This document shows, piece after piece, positions 1-13,324 of a DNA stretch of 64,000 nucleotides; the stretch's first letter is position 1, and every line of letters begins with the position of its first letter. Under the pieces are notes generated by a model. The model saw nothing but the letters and a program-made list of their open reading frames with translations, was not told the DNA's origin and searched no databases. The DNA is from Phoronis australis. Taxonomy: Eukaryota; Animalia; Phoronida. The stretch lies in assembly GCA_002633005.1 (NCBI GenBank), contig NMRA01000391.1, forward strand, positions 62,001 through 126,000. The letters are read 5' to 3'. The position numbers and the translations under genes are program-made.

Positions 1-3000
1 GAAGACTTTGTTACACTCTTATTCAGATGCAGTGTAGTAGTCTGCTGTATGAAGAGTGTTTTTCGCAGTTGCGTCAAGAATGGTCTATCCTTGTTTTCTT
101 TCGATTGTTGAGGCAATGGTATATAAATAAAGTCGTCCTAGAAACTACTTGATTTCGATTTCCACAGACAGATGAGTACGTCAGGGGAGTGCTTTCAGTA
201 GACGAAAAACATTGAACGAGAGATGACACAAGTAGGCCTATCGTCATCCGCTCCAAGAGAAGCAACTCGCGAATCTTTCGTTTGTCTACAAAATGCGAAC
301 CGGTCGGTAAACCATCCTCTACAGTCATGGCCTCTGCGCTGCTAGAAGAGATTTCTTGTTGCTGAAGTTAGACTTTTAACTTTCTGATTTTTGCTTAGTG
401 AGCGTACTTTTTTTCCTTTAAAACCATACAGGCAATATAGATTCCTAAGTTGAGATAGTAATAGGCATTACCATCCTGGTAGGCGGCCTTCATGTAGTGA
501 TACTGTTAGCATCCTTGAGTTGGACGACAAAGATCTATTGATTTGGCTTGAATTCTAAATGAAACTCTTTGTTACAATGATCTACGGCACGCATGATGGT
601 GAGATTTCTGTTCATTGCGTGGTCATGGTGCTAGCTTCACTTTCCATTGTGGATGGCGTAACTGTATGGTAGGAGCTCATGATGACGTTAGATATGGGAT
701 GTTATTCTGGAGACAACAGGCAAGCTCACATTCCAAGACAATGTTGCACGTTATTGCAGTATCCTACGTCAGCTTCTGGTTTTGGCACAAAATCATGTAT
801 ATTAACGCGAACCTAGTCCACGGGCTACCGCCTGTTCCTAGTGGGCACAAACTTATCTGTTTCTGTTTTCCTCAATTGATTGTCTTGTACAAAGGAAGAG
901 CACATCAGATCTGTTTAACCAATGATCAGCTGTTGTCCTCTTTTACCGGTTATTCTCGTTCTCCTTTGTTACAAGTCTTCACACTAGCAGAAGAAAACCC
1001 ATGCCATTGTTTTGGAAATCAGGTATATTCGTATCTCTGCGTTGATGTCGGGAAGGCGAAGAATTACACATTTCGCATCTACGAGTATTTGTCCAGTTAT
1101 CAAATTTCATGTCGGAGTTGCAGCCCACAGCACAGCAGTAATACCCCGTTAGCATTGGAAGGACGAAAAGAGTACAATCAGCCGAGAAACACTTGTAAAG
1201 TATCAGACTACAACAAATTGCAACATGCCAATTCCAATGGCATGAAAACGAGGTAGCAAATGTGCCTGACGGAAGTTTACGGCACTGTGGATAAATACGG
1301 CGAGACTCTAGTAGATCTGCGTAATCCGGGAATGACCCTACTGGCAACACTTTGTGCAATTGAAAGCTCGACAGTATGGCTCATTTTACCCTGTCAAACA
1401 TGATAATTGAACATCATTTTTTTTCAGCGAGTGAGTACATGTAGATAATGGCACAGAATCTATATACTACTTTATGATCTTGCCAGACGAAATGTTCTTT
1501 CAAATATTGTTATTTCACTTTCAAACAAACGGGATATCGGCCGTAGAAATGAGGAATTGGGGTCTTGTTTTAGAAAAATAAGATTTTAGGCTCTCTTAGA
1601 CGTGGTTTGAATGTGCACTGAGTACTGTAAAGGTTACTTACATTTGAAAGAATATTTGCCAAAATTGCAATGCGTTTTTCAAGAGCTCACTGTATTGCTG
1701 ACAATGGTCAAAATTTTATCGCGCATTTTTATGACAGCTTTATGGTATAACGTATTTGAATAATCGAGCAAATTTTTCTTCCTGTTCGTTTTGTAAAAAA
1801 AATGCCCAGGTAAATTTTCACTTCTCCGTCTTATTGTGTTCTAAGTTGAAGAAACTTCAACCGCGTGTTTGTTGAACTCGGATTTTGTCACTCAAGTGCA
1901 CTTAACTGACGTAAATGCTAACGGCAACGCCAAAACATATTCTCCATACATAAATTGGATTTTTCATTCAGTGTGCTGTGCAGTTCGTGTTTGTGACATA
2001 GAAAGGCTTGGAAATGTAATATTAGATTTCTACTTCCAGAGAACAGTTCGCGATATTCAGACAGACGTTTTCGTTGCTACCAAAAAGAATTGGCCGATCG
2101 ATCAACCGAATCGGATAAGCTACTGGCAGTATCACTTCGCAACGGTAAAGTTTTTAAATCATACTGCACGCTGCTTAAGCGAGTCAAAGCTGAAAAAAGA
2201 ATAATTCAGTTTGTTAAGACAAAAATAACACCCATGAGCTTTATTACGACGACTGAGTTTATTATCGTATTATTTGAACAGCGTTAAATAGACCTTTTAT
2301 TTATTTTTTTTACTTGTTAGTTTTGCCACCTCACTCACTTGTTAATAAGTACCAGGATTGATTTTCATAAACATGGTGTTTTCTAATTTAATTTTTCCAT
2401 TTGTAGAATAATTACCTATAGGCCTGACAATCTCAAACAAATTAATACGATAACTTTCTTTGTCCCTTGCCAACTCACGGACTGTCCTATCAGTGTATAA
2501 ATCACGATCTAATCTCACAGCTGACATTTCAGTTTTGGCATTTATAACATCAACAAGTAGCCTGTTTTATAAAAAGTGTACTTACGACTTTAAAATTCAG
2601 ATTTTTGGTCGTAGGCTACCACTTCCCACTTGCTAAGTAAAAGTTTCGTCAAGAAATTATTGGTCCACCAATGCTTAGAAGTTCAAAATTTTCTAATTAA
2701 TTAACAATGATGGGTATGTTCTCCCATAGTTTATTCCTTGGCTAAAATGAGTTTAAATTATTTCTCAGAAATAGTTATTTGAAGCGTAGGATATAGGTAA
2801 GTTAACTTAAAAGTCGCTTAAAATGAAACAAACCTCAGTGATTTGAGTACTGTTATTGAAACTAAAAAGCACGAATGTATTTAAACAGTAAGGGATTTCT
2901 GGAAAAACACTCATTGACAAGATTTTTTATGAATGCAGCAATTGCACTGCCAAACTATTCTGCAACAGTTTTTTTTTTTGTTTCTATAAAGGAACCTTGG

Positions 3001-4991
3001 TATGACAGTGTTGGAAACGCGTATGACTTCGGATTCCCAGTTCGAGTTGAAATCAGGTCCCCTAATGAGGACGTGAGTACACGGAGTTCACAGAAAGTTC
3101 TCCGATTAACGTGCATTACTCTGCTATGTAGCTTTCTGCATAGCTCACTGTGACCGTTGGACGATTTATAGACTACTGAGTATTGCCAAAGCCGTTATTA
3201 AATTCTTTGTCATTTCCATGGTGTTCACTAAACATGTAGTTACGGCGTGGAGCTTCAGACAACAGAGAAGTTTCGTCCTTTTATTAACATGAATAAAAAG
3301 TAAATAAAATAGCCACCACCTGGTGAAATGTCTTTATTGTGGACGATTCAGACTTTCATTTGTCATGTCATATATGGAACACGTGCATGTGCAACCATTC
3401 CCCTGCATGGCTTCGGCTTCAGTCACATACATGATCTCACTGATTGTACAGTCACTGGTTGCGTTTGTGTCTTATCAGCCATTGGAGGTGTATTCCAGAA
3501 AATCTTGAATATATTGTTGTACTTTTGTTTTGTTTTGCTGTCTGAAATCGTAAAACGTCTGTATGAAATTTTGGTATTAGTGCCCATGTTAATTTCATTT
3601 ACCTGCAGGATCCAGACGACACGATGCATATGGTGTTTAACTTCTTTGAATATTCTGAGGAGCAACCACCTATCGAAGTGTTCGACATCTCTTCATGTTT
3701 TGTGAACAATTCCCGGCGCGTGTGGTTTGTGTTGCCAGGTACAGTGTGAAAAGCAGTTTTATGACAATTTCGAGATCAGTTCATTCAATGGTTAAAAGTA
3801 ATGTCCCTACAGTAAAATTTATTATGAACTATTTAATGTATCTATATACTTATCCAGAGTCATGCCTTGTGTGCTTGGTGGTTTGTACACGGATGAGACG
3901 CACAACAGGCTCCGAACATTTGTGGGACAGCCCGTCTGTGTTCCACGAGTTCTGTAGCTTTTTTGCATTAGAATCTTTTTTCAGTCCACTTTCACTGTTT
4001 ACCCTATTATTAGTAGCATTATTCCCTAAGCCACATGTCGCACCCGCCCCGAGAACTTCTGCGTCCACAATTTATGCGTAGCCGTGGTTTCACGATAAAA
4101 CTTGCCCGCGTACGCGCTGCACCGAAGTAGCTACATGTGATCAGGTGACCTGTCACATGACTATTTATACCCCCAAAACTAGCTGCGAAACACGAGCAAA
4201 TAAACGCACACCCTTCGTACACGGTGCGACTTTGGATGCGCTAGCCAAGTAACACGATGCAAATCTGTTGTAGAGACAGGTTATTGCTGCAGAAATACGC
4301 ATTCAATGCCCCCACCAATTTAGCACCTGCACACAATGCGACAACTGCTACACTACCGCGCCGCCGTGTTTGATCGATGCTGTATCGTGTGCGGCTGCGA
4401 TAAGAGACCCGATAGTCGCAAGAGTTCTATATTCAGTATTTATTTACTTGTGTTCAGAAGACTGGTTGGGATAAAGTATTTGATGGAACCATTTGGTGCT
4501 TAACTTGCATGAAGGGCCGTGATTTACATGACGCATGCATGAAAGTGCGTGCAAAAAGTAATGAAATACGCTGGCATTGCATCTTGACACTGAATTCACC
4601 GCCAATCGAGGATGTGAATTTCTGGTGTCGCTTCCTACAGGGCAGGCGTCATGATAATAGGAATCTCGTTGTTGTGGTGAAAAAATGACTTCCGACGATT
4701 AATAGAAATGGAAATGGAGTCTGACGCAAGACAAGCTCGTAATGATGAATAATAAATACATTTCTAAAATGTGAAAAAATGCGTTTAAGATGTTCTTTTT
4801 TTATTACAGACATTGCATTTGCCTCGTTCTTGAGTTCACCTGTGCAATTTAAACAACAAGTACGAGCAGCCATTATTGAAAACTCTGGTCTGTCTAGTTT
4901 ACGAGTGGCTCAAATAGAGGTTCGTATAAGTACATAGGTTATACTCTGTTAGCTTAACGATTATATCAGTGGCTACATCAATATTAGACAG

Positions 4992-5216
4992 CATGTGCGC
5001 ACCCAGGGGGGGGGGCTAGGTGGCTCGTTCGAGCCCCCTCCCGCCTCAGAGAACAAAAAGTAGTAAAAACGAGACAAAAGTCCACCAAAAAGGCAGGAAC
5101 CACCAAAATTCGGCGAATGCACATATCATTGTTCTGAACGTACGCCCTGAATCTTAGTAAAATGTCCACATTCTCAAAAATTTGAGCCCCCAGTTTTTAA
5201 GCTGGGTTCGCCCATG
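4992..5216 (-). mobile_element. MITE family A, copy 1 (inverted relative to copies 2 and 3)
   Basis: Ends CATGTGCGCACCCAG ... CTGGGTTCGCCCATG; the internal sequence is the reverse complement of 8800-9062. Confidence 0.75.
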
Positions 5217-6325
5217 GGCAGCTCCTAGTCGGTGCTGTCGTCTCTCGGTGTAGCTTCATGGGACGGATGACCCCCCCATCCCACAACCACCTGTACGTTT
5301 CCGTTTGACCACTATCTGTAATGGCGTCGTCTTAAATTTCCTTGTCGGAAAAAGTTGGTCTAGTTGGAGGGATGTAAAGATTACAGCTGTCTCTAAAGCT
5401 AGGTGTCTGTTTACACTCGAAAAATCCATATAGGAACGTAACTTAATAATTTAACGAATTAAGTGTCATTTGTGAAAAGTCTTTCTTGGTACAGGCTTGA
5501 TCAGGGTGTGCCTTAGTCTACATTGATGTGCGTCATGCTTGGTCGTATTTAGGACTTAGCGCCTGCAGTCAATATTTTAACTGAAATGATTCTATGAAAG
5601 GTTATTTTGCTCAAGTGTTTAATACACCCAGATTAGGAGCCAGTACATTTCTGGGCGCAGACTGAAAGTTAGTGAGATTATACGCCTCGCATTTGAAGAT
5701 GAAACGTTCTAGTTTCACGCATAACATGTACATGTACACGTGCATTCTATGTGGCTAATTGTTGCACTGGGGATAGTGTCAGCTTCAAAACGATTCGAAA
5801 TCGGCCAAAACTTGTATCGACTGGTCGCAAGCCAGTGTTTAGACTCGATGTATGTTTCGACATTTCAATGAAATAGGATTCTGTTCTACAAATGTGAGGC
5901 AAGTGCTAGTACGTTAGTCAGAAGTTATACTATGAACGATATGGTATCAAGTGACGAATCCCGTTGCAGTCATGTGTTTAACTGATAAACCAGCACATGT
6001 GTCGTTCTACAGGCCAACATGTATGAAGTAGGCCTAGGCTTAAGTCATATTTCCGGTTAAAATCCATAAAATGTGTCGTTACTGCCTTCATTTTGGCTTA
6101 GGTTTTCAAGACAACAGCAGGCGTCTGTGTTGAAGCTGCCCTGCTGGACAAAGCGCCCATCATAGGAAGTGTTGCCAAACCAGTCACTGAAGTCCTTCTT
6201 AGTGTCGCCTTTGACTCAATTGTGGACGCTGTGAAAACCAGTTCTTTAGTCGTCAACATTCCAACTACACCGGTAGGAACATAACATTTATTTTCGCCTG
6301 AGTCATAATGTCATTTCTAAATAAC

Positions 6326-6441
6326 TTTTGATACCTTAGTATGCTGTTGTATAGCGACAACCAATTCTTACTGACAAGCGTTTTGATACCTTAGTATGCC
6401 GATGTATAGCGAACAAACAATTCTTGCTGACAAGTGTTTTG
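6326..6441. repeat. Tandem duplication of about 55 bp
   Basis: TTTTGATACCTTAGTATGC...TGACAAG occurs twice. Confidence 0.85.
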
Positions 6442-8799
6442 GGCGTTATGAACTCCACTTCTATCCGGAACTTCTCGGGTATTTTTGAGTTGACGGAAAT
6501 AGTGTGTTTGGGATGTTCCATTTAAACATAAAGTTACACTGCGCCACAATGTGCAATATTATCCCAATCGGAGACTCGTTCGACTTTCAAATTTACAGTC
6601 TCTTACTAAGACTTTATTTGCATTCATTATTTAAAGCTGCATTTCGCGATGTTTACCTGGCTAAAAACGGAAATCGAATTAAGCCTTTTACTGCATGTTA
6701 TATCATTTTGGTTATCAACAAAAACATGGAAACGTCAGGGACATCATTTGTTTTACTCCTGAAGAGCATATTGGGATTACCTTGCGACAGGGTTGACTTC
6801 TTGAAGTTACTAGCTTTTACAAGAACTTTAAAGCAACAAAGTCGTAGTGTCGTGGTTTTATTACAAAACACCAATTTTCGCCGTTGTTTGTCAGAAGCCA
6901 AAGTCAATGACTTTACCACTTGAAATACTCTGATTGTGGATTGGGTTTGCTCCGCCAGCAGAGCATTTGACTGCGACCACGAGCCGTTGCAGGCTTGATT
7001 CTAATCCGTGCGGACGCTGATTTCGGAAAATAACTTTTCTTGTCGATAGTGTCCCTCTTTGGGTTTTTTAAAGACGCTGGTGCAGAGGAATACATCAAGA
7101 ACGGTGGCTAAGAGTATTTTTAATGTGACTGGTAATTCTGTGTTGATTCGTTTGATTTTTCGACGTCATTTTAAACCGTAAACTGAGACCGGCTTGGGTT
7201 TAGTTATCTTTTCCACAAAATGTTTTTGCTCTTTGCATTCGCTTTGACCAACGTTTTTAATATTTCTAGCCTGTCTCATTCACTGTTCTCTCTGGTGATG
7301 CACGAAAGCCAATGTGTGGTAAACCTCCGCCAGGAGGGGTGTTCAATAATGGATATTCCGCAGGTGAGATTTTGTCATAGGGTCAGAACAGGGGTCGTGT
7401 ACCAAAGAGAATGTTTCAAACCTACATTCTTAACATCCTCATGCCGTATATTAAGCAATTTTAGTTGTTCTGAAGACGAACTTTTGTACCACGTTGTTCA
7501 ACCGCCATTTTAGCCATCTTGGAAATTTGACTGCGTGTATGCCAGAAATACGACTGTTGGGTTAATTTTTCGTTAAAAGACGAATGCATTGCCCTGATGT
7601 CCGGAGATATTAAGGGTTGTTCAAAACAGCCAATGAGACAGGTGACATCACGGCAGTACAGTATCCCAAGGACTCCGTTGAGGCGCCCTTTGTTCGCCGT
7701 TCAGTAGGCCTAAGTTAGTGACTTCACCAATGAACTTGTTTTTCAGGTGCCATGGCAGCTGTCGGGGTGTCGATGGTAGTAGCCGGTCTTATCTTGGGAG
7801 TGTTGGGTGTTCTTTTATTTAATCGTCTTCGTACGCCGACGTCTGACTCTTTTCTGCCTAAGAGATTTGATAATTCAGGAGGGGACTCCTCCATCTCTTA
7901 AAGAGCTTTAGAGACTCCACTCAGAGATTGCCATTCGGTGTGTACGTTGTTCAAATAGCAGAAACGATGTTTGTGATTTTTCGCAATGTAAATATATTTT
8001 CTAAGTCGTAATCTTTGAATTTGGAATATTTTAAATTTACGACATACAGAATGATGGGTTTCAATAATCCCTCCGTGGTAAATATGAATGATCATATTTA
8101 CCACGAATGTAATTTAACCACTCAGACGATTACTTTAAATTTGTTATCATATAATAACCTGATGTTTCAGCGCTTCCCCACTTAAAAACGCTCCACCGGG
8201 CTATGAGATATATGCTGAAATCCACTCGGTCAAAAATAAACTTTGATTTAGGCCACTTGCCCTGATAAAACAAGTACAATATAAATTAGTCTTTACTCAG
8301 TTTAAAAGTGATCACAGACAGTTGGTTAGATTATTATACTTAAAATCAAACTGATGATTTTCTGCGCCGAGATAATCAAAAGCTGTCAGCCAGTCTTTGC
8401 CCACAGGGATCCCTGAAATCAATTCTGTTCTGAGCAAGAAACAAGTTGAAATGAATGAGTTTTAAGAGGGTGACGTGGCAAAGAAGGGTTTAAAGCAGCT
8501 TTTAATTGTGTTAAGAAATTTCTATACAATCGATTGTAGATTGCTTAGTCGTTGTTCTTTTGACTTCTAAGTAAGCCTTTCAAGTGTACTACTACATCAC
8601 GTGAAATGATTAGTAACGACTAGTTTGCGACGAAAACATCGCCAACTTCGTTGAGACCAAATTCATTCCAGAACACAATCAGATTTAGGATCAAAACACC
8701 TTAGCAGGATCGATAACCAGAGTCATCAAACGCCAAATCTGTAAAAGTTACATACATGAATAAGGGCTCAGTTTATTACCAGGTCTAACCTTGCGAGAA

Positions 8800-9062
8800 A
8801 GCATGCGCGCACCCAGCCTGAAATATAGGGGGGCTCGAATTTTTGAGAATGTGTACCTTTTACTAAAAAACAAAAGTAGGGGCGGTACTAAAAAACGGGG
8901 TCAACGCTCAGAGGTGCATTCGCGCCGCCGGAATTCCTGCCTTTTTAGTGGAATTTTGTCTCGTTTTCTCGAAATTTTTGTTTCTCTGAGACGGACCTTT
9001 TTTGCCCTCTTCGCCAAGTGGGCGGGCTCGTTCGAGCCCCTCCCCCTGGGTGCGCGCATGCT
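8800..9062 (+). mobile_element. MITE family A, copy 2 (perfect 17-bp TIR)
   Basis: AGCATGCGCGCACCCAG (8800-8816) / CTGGGTGCGCGCATGCT (9046-9062); subterminal GGGCTCGTTCGAGCCC palindrome. Confidence 0.85.
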
Positions 9063-10063
9063 AAGGTGGTAGCTGAACCTTCACGTGGTTTATATTGGCA
9101 CTAATTAAGGTTTATTTAGATCGCAAACCACTACGAGTTGTGATCAAGATGGATCTTTCCTCCAAGTGCAACCGGCCGGTGTAGTTCCAGACTTGGATCA
9201 AGGCTAATATCTTCAATTATATAGCTAGTTGATCCAATCAAAAAGGATGTTTTAAATGAGTGTTCTGTCGCTCAAAACCATGTGCATCTTCTAAACGTCG
9301 AAGAGAGATCAGCCGCTTTCACTGTGGTGAACTCCACTTTAAACAGGGAAACTGCTGTCCTTAGGTCAATGAGTAGTACTATACTCCATGCTTAGGTTTT
9401 TAGAGAGATGGCGCAGTATTTTTTGTCTGTTTTATATCAACGAATAAAATCAGAAGTCATAAGTTGCGTCTTTGGATTTTGGTGCTTTGCGTTTTTCAAG
9501 TCGGAAATAGTTGACTTTTTCAGAAGAATAGCTGGTCAGATAAATGAAGACTGGGACTATGTAGAACGGAGAAAGAGACAAAGAGTCCCAGCGAAACATC
9601 GTCAAGATACTTTATCCATTGCTCATGGATTTGATAAAGAGAATGACTGGAGCCTGAACTGAAAACCCAAACTGTATTTTGTTTTTTGAAAATACTGATT
9701 TCAAGTGGCAATATAAATTGACGAGTGCTTTCTGTCAAAATTGGTTTAGGTCACTTGGCAATATTAAATTGGTCTCCAACTGTTCCTTCATCAAACAAGA
9801 AATGTTTGTAGAACTTTTGACACTTGCTATTTTACAAGCTTGTTCTGAGGAAATAACAAACAGTTAATTCTTCCTTACACCGATCAGAGATCACCTCTGA
9901 ACTTATCTTCAGCAAATGCCAAGTAGGCAACGGCAAAGTGGCTTGTATGAACACTTGATTGACACCCACTTTCAACACTACCAAAAAGTGCTTCCGGATT
10001 TATCTCTCCTGTCACGTGATGAATGCAGCGAAATTATTAACATCAATTTTATTTGGGCCTTAT

Positions 10064-10278
10064 CATGCGCGCATCCAGTCTTTAATATGGGGGGCTCGAA
10101 TTTCTCACGATCTGGACCTTTTGCTGACTAAAAGGCGGCAGGACTATGAACTGTGCGTCTGCGCTTTTTTGGTGGACTTTGTCTCGCTTTCTGGGACTTT
10201 TTGTTTCTCTGTGGCGGACCTTTTTGCCCACTTCGCCAAATGGGGGACTCGTTCGAGCCCCCCTTGGGTGCGTACATG
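10064..10278 (+). mobile_element. MITE family A, copy 3
   Basis: CATGCGCGCATCCAG...TTGGGTGCGTACATG; collinear with 8800-9062. Confidence 0.8.
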
Positions 10279-10450
10279 CTTATGTCCACCTGATAATCAC
10301 ATTATGTGCGTGTTTTCTCTCATTGCATGCAATCTACCGGATTGCAAAATTGCAAAAACTGACGTGTCATTTTTTTCGTAAACCTTAATTTGATGTCCTA
10401 TAGGTAAAGACTAAGAGGCCAGTTAGGGCAGAATTGACAATTCTTGTATC

Positions 10451-10496
10451 AGAGCCACACCGTATGAGAGCTACACCGTATGAGAGCCACACCATA
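10451..10496. repeat. 16-bp tandem repeat, 3 copies
   Basis: AGAGCCACACCGTATG units. Confidence 0.85.
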
Positions 10497-10958
10497 ATCA
10501 CAGTTTAAGCTGAATCTTGAAGATGACCCTTAGAGTGATTTTTTTATTTCTTTTGATTTTCTCGTAGAATGGCTCTTAAGATCCCTCCTGTTGGGACGGC
10601 TAAAAGACAATCGTTGCAATACACGTTATGTTTCTTTATTGTAGTTAACCGCATGTTGTCGATCAAACATGGAAACGATCAATTTTCAATGACGAATTTA
10701 ATTTTTAATTATAGTGTGCAGGGTCTACAATGGACGGAAAAGAATGTTGTCGCGACGGTTTCACTGACAACCGCTTCTGTTGCCTAATCACCAAACAAAA
10801 GTCCCGCCCAACACACAGACTTAACTCAGAATAACTTTAACTAGTGCAACATTCCACTTTGAATCGAATCGCCCACACATGTAACTAGCGCAAGGACGGA
10901 TGTCGCTCTGTGCATGACCATGAACAGGTGATAAGAATGCAGTGCCAAAATACTTGTA

Positions 10959-11538
10959 CAGGGCCGTAGGAAGCGGGGGGGAGGGGAACGGCCCCCCCAA
11001 AAAACTTTTTTAGGCGTCTGTGTTAAACCGTGGACGCCGACATAGGCGAGGTGCCGGGGACTGCGAAAAACAGATACGAGAGAAAATTCAAGAGAACATT
11101 TAACAAATCAGCATCAGTGCATGGTTTACCTTTTGAGAACCCTGACCAGGACACTGTCGTTAGGGTATTCGCCTTTGCAGCACAAGTCGTCTAAACGCAC
11201 ACATATATTTCGAAAAATCAAGAAAATTTGTAAAGCGAAGCTAATTTATTGGATTTTAATTCAATAAGTCAATTTTTGCGAATGCAAAACTATATTTTTC
11301 CAGAGGCCCCTCTCGGGAAAGGGATAACGGAGACAACTTTCCCTTTATTTTTTCTCGTAACTGTATATCACTTGAGAAAAATTGATGACCTGACAGATAA
11401 CATCAATTGCTGCGCATTTCCTGATAATTGAAAATATAGATATTTTCATATTTAGGAGCCCCGTCCTTGAAGGAGGCCATTGATGACATTCAAGAGGCTA
11501 ACTTTTTGTGTTTTTATTGACAAATTCTTACGGGGCCC
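10959..11538. mobile_element. Possible degraded MITE
   Basis: Left end CAGGGCCGTAGGAA followed by a G-run/C-run hairpin; imperfect inverse TTCTTACGGGGCCC near 11525-11538. Confidence 0.35.
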
Positions 11539-11785
11539 CTCACGGAGAGAGGGCCCAATGTTGAAATCGATTGCCTCTATTTTCCTGTTTTTTGTGAAAT
11601 GTGCTTTCATGTTGAAGGAGGTCACTCCCTGTACGTTTTGGGACCACACGACGGTGGAATGAACTGTCACTTTTTTCAAGCTTAATGATGTTTAGCCTTT
11701 CATTTTAAGCTGTCCCATTTCAGACGGTGCCCTCTCTCGGTGGAGCAGTTCGGGGTAAATGTCCCTCTGTCCCTCTATATACATG

Positions 11786-11925
11786 TATATCTGCGCGTAC
11801 AGGACAAGTGTACACAGCCACTATACTGATCTGCGCGTGCACATTTGTACACAGGCACTATATCTGCGCGTGCACGACAGGTGTGCACAGGCACTATGTC
11901 TGCGCGTGAACGACAGGTGTACACA
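11786..11925. repeat. Minisatellite of about 36 bp, 4 copies
   Basis: TATATCTGCGCGTGCACGACAGGTGTACACAGGCAC-like units. Confidence 0.85.
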
Positions 11926-13102
11926 ATCAATTATGGTCGATAAAATTTATTACAAATGATTCTTTAAAATAGATCAATTAGTGTATTTCTAAGAATGATA
12001 TGACATGTTATAAGATGTTGATAAGAACTAATATTAACGAATGGTGTAATATAAGATCTAAGTTGTTTCATCAGCCCTAGTAATTTATACGAATTCTTGT
12101 CACTGACCGAAAACAATCCTAAGAATAATGCTGTAAACGATGATCAGACTGATATATGTGAACGATGATCAGTCTCATTAGAATTCATATCAACCAAAAT
12201 GGAGGTGCAAGACTTACACAAGCATTACTTATTCTAAGTTTAGAGAATATGATTAAGACAGTGAAGAAGACGAACAGTACACAGTGTCTATTTTGTTACG
12301 TACACGTTCATTAAGATTGACGGTAAATATAAGGGGCAAAACTAAGCCTTTGAACTAGCAAGGAGCAATGTATAATGCATACAGCAGTATGCAACAGTCG
12401 GGGCACAGACTTATGTGTACATCATGAGGGACGTACATTTAGCTAAGGTGGAGGGAGATTTGCCTCGTGCGGAACCATCTCCGGGGGGAGGAGGGGGTAG
12501 GGAGAGGTGACTCATGAATTCGTGATGATCGAAACTAAACATTTTAGCATCAGAAATATTACATAAATTCATTCAAGTAAGTCAGGCAAACGCATTTTAA
12601 TTAATAATCCACTGGTGCCACCTGCCGCCCCAAAGTGTTGTACTAGATGGTTCCCGTACAATCCCGGCTTCTTGCAGCCATTCTATTACTGCTTATGAAT
12701 TTCTGTACTTTTATCACGTTTCGTCTCATATAGTTGCTAAACGTAAATTGAAACATTAGAACGTTCTAGAAACCATGTGTAGTTAGTTTTTGCAACAAAA
12801 GGGGGGTTAGATATATCAAACTCAAAAAGTTCGTGGCGTTAGCGCGTTGAATTTTGGAATTAAATGCTGAATGATGTCAATATGAACATTTGTCTTAAAA
12901 CGCTACGCTAAAACTAAAGATTGCCTTAAGGTATTTCAATAAACACAACATAAATTCATTGACTGGCCTTGGTGCATTACAAGCTTTAAATTGTAAGACA
13001 TATCAAATCCAAATAGAAAAAATATTTTATAAAGAGTTCGTCTCACCCACTTGTTAGACTAAGTACAGGCTCTAATGTATTTTATGGTTACAGTAATTGT
13101 CG

Positions 13103-13324
13103 TAGCTCGCTACACAATATAGTCAATCTAAATCCGTGTTCATGACCATAATATAGACTAGTGCACTAAATATATAGACACTATAAATCCATGGTCACGA
13201 CCATCAATATAGAATAGTGGTACATAGGGTAGACACTCTATATCCATGGTCATGACCATAAATACAGAATAGCGTGCTACACATATAGACATTCTAAATC
13301 CATGGCCATAACCATAATATAGAA
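13103..13324. repeat. Minisatellite of 55-56 bp, 4 copies
   Basis: Units sharing ...TAGACA.TCTAAATCCATGGTCATGACCATAATATAGAA. Confidence 0.85.

Noticed and set aside
1000-1160. THAP domain from minus-strand MLTGYYCCAVGCNS
   Set aside because: No convincing downstream FP..W or CxxHF signature in a consistent frame.
615-1256. 213-aa plus-strand ORF as a real gene
   Set aside because: Non-ATG start, no recognisable motif or splice context; more likely an antisense shadow or chance.
11786-13324. CRISPR-like or coding repeats (ORFs 11727-11959 and 13158-13457)
   Set aside because: These are simple minisatellites, and the ORFs are by-products of the repeat units.
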